Source: Centroscyllium fabricii (taxonomy: Eukaryota). From it: a stretch of 64,000 nt of DNA. The stretch lies in the NCBI GenBank assembly GCA_051313645.2, contig JBNRSN020000008.1:51956001-52020000 (forward strand). The letters run 5' to 3'. This document shows positions 59,385 to 64,000 of this stretch, piece by piece. The number at the start of each line of letters is the position of its first letter. Within the stretch, counting starts at the first letter, position 1. The position numbers were made by a program, and so were the translations under genes. The notes beneath the pieces were generated by a model. That model saw only the letters and a list, made by a program, of their open reading frames with translations. It had not been told where the DNA came from and made no database searches.

Positions 59385-61652
59385 ATAACAACAACAACTT
59401 GTATTTATATAGCGCCTTTAACATAGTAAAACGTCCCAAGGCGCTTCACAGGAGTGTTATAAGAGAAACAAAAATTGACCCCGAGTCACATAAGAAGAAA
59501 TTAGGGCAGGTGATCAAAAGCTTGGTCAAAGAGGTAGGTTTTAAGGAGCGTCTTAAAGGAGGAAAGTGAGGTAGCGAGGCGGAGAGGTTGAGGCAGGGAA
59601 TTCCAGAGCTTAGGGCCGAGGCAACAGAAGGCACAGCCAGAAATGGTTGGGTGATTATAATCAGGGATGCACAAGAGGGCAGAATTAGAGGAGCGCAGAT
59701 ATCTCGGAGGGGTTAGAACATAGAACATAGAACATACAGCACTGTACAGGCCCTTGGGCCCTCAATGTAGTGCCGCCTTTAGTCTGTCTCTGATTTTTCT
59801 TGTCCCCCCCACTCTTCCTTCCCCTCCATGTACCTGTCTATCATCCTTTTAAAAGCACCCAGACTGTCCACATCCACTATTTCAGATGGTAGCCTATTCC
59901 ATTCCCCGACCACTCTCTGCGTAAAGAACTTGCCCCTGCCATCCCTTCTGAATCTTCCTCCTTGAATCTTGTGCTCGTGCCCTCTTGTTGTCGTTCTTCC
60001 CACCCGGGGAAACAGTCTCTGCACGTTTACTCTATCGATCCCCTTCATCATTTTAAACATCTCTATTAAGTCCCCCCTCTACCTTCTCCGTTCCAGGGAG
60101 AAGAGTCCCAGCTCCCTTAACCGCTCCTCGTATGACTTTCCCCCCATTCCCGGCAGCATCCTGGTGAATCTCCTCTGCACCCTCTCCAGCGCCTCCACAT
60201 CTCTCCTGTAGTACGGTGCCCAGAACTGCACACAGTACTCCAAGTGTGGTCTCACCAGTGACCTGTACAGCTGTAGCATGACCTCCCGGTTCTTAAACTC
60301 TATTCCCCTGTTGATGAAGGCCAATACACCATAGGCCTTTTTTACTGCCTTGTCCACCTGGGTGGCAGCCTTCAATGATCTGTGTACATATACTCCCAGA
60401 TCCCTTTGCTCCTCTGCTTCACTCAGGACCCTGCCGTTGACCCTATATTCCCTCTTCCTATTTGCCCTACCGAAGTGCATCACCTCGCATTTCCCCATGT
60501 TGAACTCCATTTGCCATTCTTCGGCCCAGCTCTGCATCCTATCTATATCCTTCTGAATCTTTCTACTTCCTTCCTCCTCATCCACTTCTCCCCCAATCTT
60601 TGTGTCATCCGCAAATTTGCTGACCCACCCCTCAGTCCCCTCCTCCAAGTCATTGATGAAGATTACAAACAGTAGTGGCCCCAACACCGACCCCTGTGGT
60701 ACCCCACTGGTGACCGGTCTCCAGCCCGAGTATTGGCCTTCTACCACTACCCTCTGCTTCCTCTGAGCCAGCCAGTTCTCAATCCAGCCCACCACTTTGT
60801 TGTTTACCCCGCAACTCCTTACTTTCTTCATGAGTCGACCGTGCGGGACCTTGTCGAACGCCTTGCTGAAGTCCATATATATGACATCAACCGCCTTTCC
60901 CTCGTCCACACACTTGGTCACCTCTTCAAAGAATTCTATCAGGTTGGTCAGGCACGATTTGCCCTTAACGAATCCGTGCTGACTGCTTCTGATTAATTTG
61001 CCCCTTTCTAGATGGTCGTAGATCCTGTCCCTCAGGACCCTTTCCATCACCTTTCCGACCACGGAGGTGAGGCTGACTGGTCTGTAGTTCCCTGGCACGT
61101 CCCTGCTCCCCTTTTTAAATATGGGAGCCACATTCGCCTCTCTCCAGTCCTTAGGGACTATCCCCGAGGATAGCGATGAACTAAAGATAGAGGTCAGTGG
61201 CTCTGCGATTTCGTTCCTCGCTTCCCAGAGAATCCTTGGATATATCCCGTCCGGCCCAGGAGATTTGTCTACCTTCAGTTTCTCCAAAATATCTAATACC
61301 TCCCCCCTCTGAATATTTACTTCCCCCATCCTTTCCCCTTGTATCTTGTGGGACTGAAGGAGATTACAGAGATAGGGAGGGGCGAGGCCATGGAGGGATT
61401 TGAAAACAGGGATGAGAAATTTGAAATCGAGGTGCTGCTTAACCGGGAGCCAGTGTAGGTCAGCGAGTACAGGGGTGATGTGTGAACGGGACTTGTTGCA
61501 AGTTAGGACAAGGGGCAGCTGAGTTTTGGATCACCTCAAGTTTACATAGGCTGGAATGTGGGAGGCCAGCCAGGAGTGCGTTGGAATAGTCAAGTCTAGA
61601 GATAACAAAGGCATGGATGAGGGTTTCCGCAGCGGTTGAGCTGAGACAAGGG
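59385..61652 (-). mobile_element. L2-clade LINE 3' fragment split by a CR1 insertion (L2 parts 59385-59715 and ~61346-61652)
   Basis: Joining ...ATCTCGGAGGGGTT to GTGGGACTGAAGGAGATTACAG restores the sequence seen uninterrupted at 8448-8490. Confidence 0.85.
59716..61345 (-). mobile_element. CR1 LINE, 5'-truncated, RT domain nearly intact (single stop at 60079-60081)
   Basis: KSPGPDGI, NYRPVSLTSVVGK, YMDFSKAFDKVPH, GVPQGSVLGPLLF, KFADDTK; ORF 59779-60060 continues in frame; (TTCTATG)n tail. Confidence 0.93.
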
Positions 61653-61908
61653 TGACTATGGTGTCCCTGAGCTACCAGCAAGCACTTCTGCTTCCTGAAG
61701 GCACAAACAAGCAGGGCCGAGGCCCCAGCCCTGCTGAATAAGTAAAGAGTGGTAAAAGCCACACCTGTGCTTCTCCTATCAGCGATAAGAAGTAGCACTC
61801 AGTCACTTACGAGCTTTTATTTCCATCAAAACACACTGATAAATGTGTGTTTGCTTATATTGCATTAATAGCTACAGAATGTAAGGAATTCATTGTGACT
61901 ATTATTTG

Positions 61909-62159
61909 CATAGAAGATAGGAGCAGGAGTAGGCCATTTGGCCCTTCGAGCCTGCTCCGCCATTCAATGAGATCATGGCTGATCATCCAAACCCAGTACC
62001 CCGTCCCTGCCTTCTCCCCATATCCCTCGATCCCGATCCCTATCGAGCCTGCACCGACACATATCCCACCCTATCCCCGTAACCCCACATATTCAATCCC
62101 CCTAACACTAAGGGTCAATTTATCCTGGCCAATCAACCTAACACGCACATCTTTGGACT
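61909..62159 (-). mobile_element. V-SINE 3' half (5'-truncated)
   Basis: Matches 46214-46455. Confidence 0.85.
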
Positions 62160-63370
62160 ACTGCATAACTACTGCAGTTGTGTATATTCTTTAAACGAAT
62201 AAATCACTGCAATTTTACTTAAAACGAACGACTGTGTATAAAACAATTTGAAGATCTGAGCCGTCCAGATGTTCTAAACTGTGCAAACGTAGGAGATGAT
62301 CTCAAACCGCCGATTATGTAACTGCCTTATACCTCGCACATGGCTGTCTTTTATTATAAACAAGGATGTCGTTTCGTTACAGCCTATTTTTTTTAATTGA
62401 AATCGTAGTCCGGTAATGGCACCAAATGTCAAAACCCATGGTCTGTCACAGAACCTATTTACAAGCAAATCTGTGTTGCTTTTGCCGTGACTTATCTCTG
62501 TTGCACCATGTAACTGGGGGAGGGGGGCAGAGACACACATAGCACAAACTATCCTATAAATGTCAGTTTATTTCACAGTCTGTACAGCTCTTTCACAATA
62601 ATTGTTAACACAATTTGGCAAGAAAACAACTGCATTTCAGAGTTTAAAACAAAAAAAATCAGATCAGTTGTTTGAGTCAATTTTGTACACACAATAATTT
62701 TTTTTTAAAGCAAATTTTTACGCAGAAGGGTTAAGAACCACAGATCAGGTACAAATTCACAGGACGTGTGACCTCCATAACCTGCTGATAAAATAACATC
62801 CTTAATTACATGTAATATATAAATGTTCACACAGCAGTGGTGAGTAGCATGACCTTTATTAATGTCACATGTTGGAGGATTTTCATGCCACAGTATGCAG
62901 ATATGTTGCGGTAGAAATCTTTTTCTCCTTTTCTAAGACTTCTGCCATGTAAATTCATGATTAGTTCCTTTTAGGAGTCAGAGGTGGGATAAATGTATGA
63001 ACCAGTTGGAAGTCACAACAGATGTCAAGCCTGTGTCCTGTCACGCTACATCTGTGTGTCACAATACAACATCGAGCACCATTGTTGCCCCTCTCCTTCC
63101 ATAACCAGAGACAACTCTCCCCCCTTGACTCCCCATCTTGAGAGTTTGTTCAATTGTGCCGTTACAGTTGAAAACAAAAGATCATTCAGTACTGAACTGA
63201 AAACACCCTGAATTGAATTTTGAAAAACACATTGGGTATCAAATTACTAACCATGTAGATAAGACTCAGAAACCATAGTGGTCTGAGTAATAGCTTTACA
63301 GCGAAAAGCAGCCTCCTCTACCACTTAAGACAGAATATTGCATATCTGGGTTACTGAATTGAGAGGCAAA

Positions 63371-64000
63371 GGGGGAAAAATTCAGTTGGTTGCGCCTCCC
63401 GTTGGCGCCTTAAGGGGGCACTATTGGGGCGCAAAGCAACTAGCGCCCGGGTGTGGCGATGTTGGTGCCGCTCAGGAAATTAACTAGACATTTTGCAGCG
63501 GTGCCACGATCTCCTGCGCCGGCAGATGGTGACGTCGTTCAAGTGCACAACGCCCCGGTAGTGCCCCGGGCCGGATATTGAGTGGCGCCCCCTGCCTTAC
63601 CGCCTGCCGCTAACAACGATAGCTGAGGGGAGCGTTCTGCAGTCAGAAAGGGACTGGGGAAGCGCTATTTAAAGGTGACTGATTCCTGCCTTTTTTTGTT
63701 GGTGACATTTTTGCACCACACATTCTGAGAGAGAGAGAGACTTCTGGAGAGGTGCAACGCTGGGTGGAGGAAGTTTTGGGTACTGAGCAGCACTTTGCAA
63801 GTTCATATTGATTTGCCCTTCCTTGCTTTGCTAGCGCTCTTAGGTAGCGCCTCGCTCCTCGGCCTTTGTGCCTTAAGACAGGTGTGAAGCGCCTGATTTA
63901 GCGTTCCAATCACCTCCAGGGGCGATAAAAGCCAAGTTTGCAGTCAGAGGCGATAATTAACAACAGGCACGAAACTTTGCGCACGGCCAAGAATGGCGCC
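63371..64000. mobile_element. GC-rich interspersed repeat with a GGGGG..AATT start, probably a non-autonomous DNA transposon, running off the window
   Basis: Abrupt GC/CpG rise starting GGGGGAAAAATTC, many GCGCC motifs, terminus resembling 5521. No second copy in the window. Confidence 0.45.

Overview
Vertebrate genomic DNA, very likely from a shark or other cartilaginous fish, judged from the V-SINE/HE1-like and Deu-domain SINEs and the repeat content. It is not prokaryotic, and most short ORFs in the track are spurious. The only host gene recognised is the 5' end of ZEB2 on the + strand: non-coding exon 1 (~29261-29726), a 2.8-kb 5'UTR intron, and the first coding exon (32500-32677, [24 protein letters not shown]). 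Its large next intron appears to run to the window end. The upstream 27 kb is packed with nested transposable elements. These include a full-length but disabled Gypsy (Mag-like) LTR retrotransposon (15281-20123), the 5' end of a sister element (1-376, minus strand), a solo LTR, Rex1/Babar, CR1 and L2 LINEs, Penelope-like fragments with minimal hammerhead ribozymes, Tigger-like MITEs and SINEs. The most striking observation is that neither Gypsy element has a tRNA primer-binding site. In each, the PBS position is perfectly complementary (13 and 14 nt) to the element's own LTR poly(A)-signal segment, and the pairing is kept although the sequence differs between the two elements. This suggests a tRNA-independent self-priming or poly(A)-occlusion structure. 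Two assembly gaps are present. Comparisons with human sequence are from memory and no searches were run.
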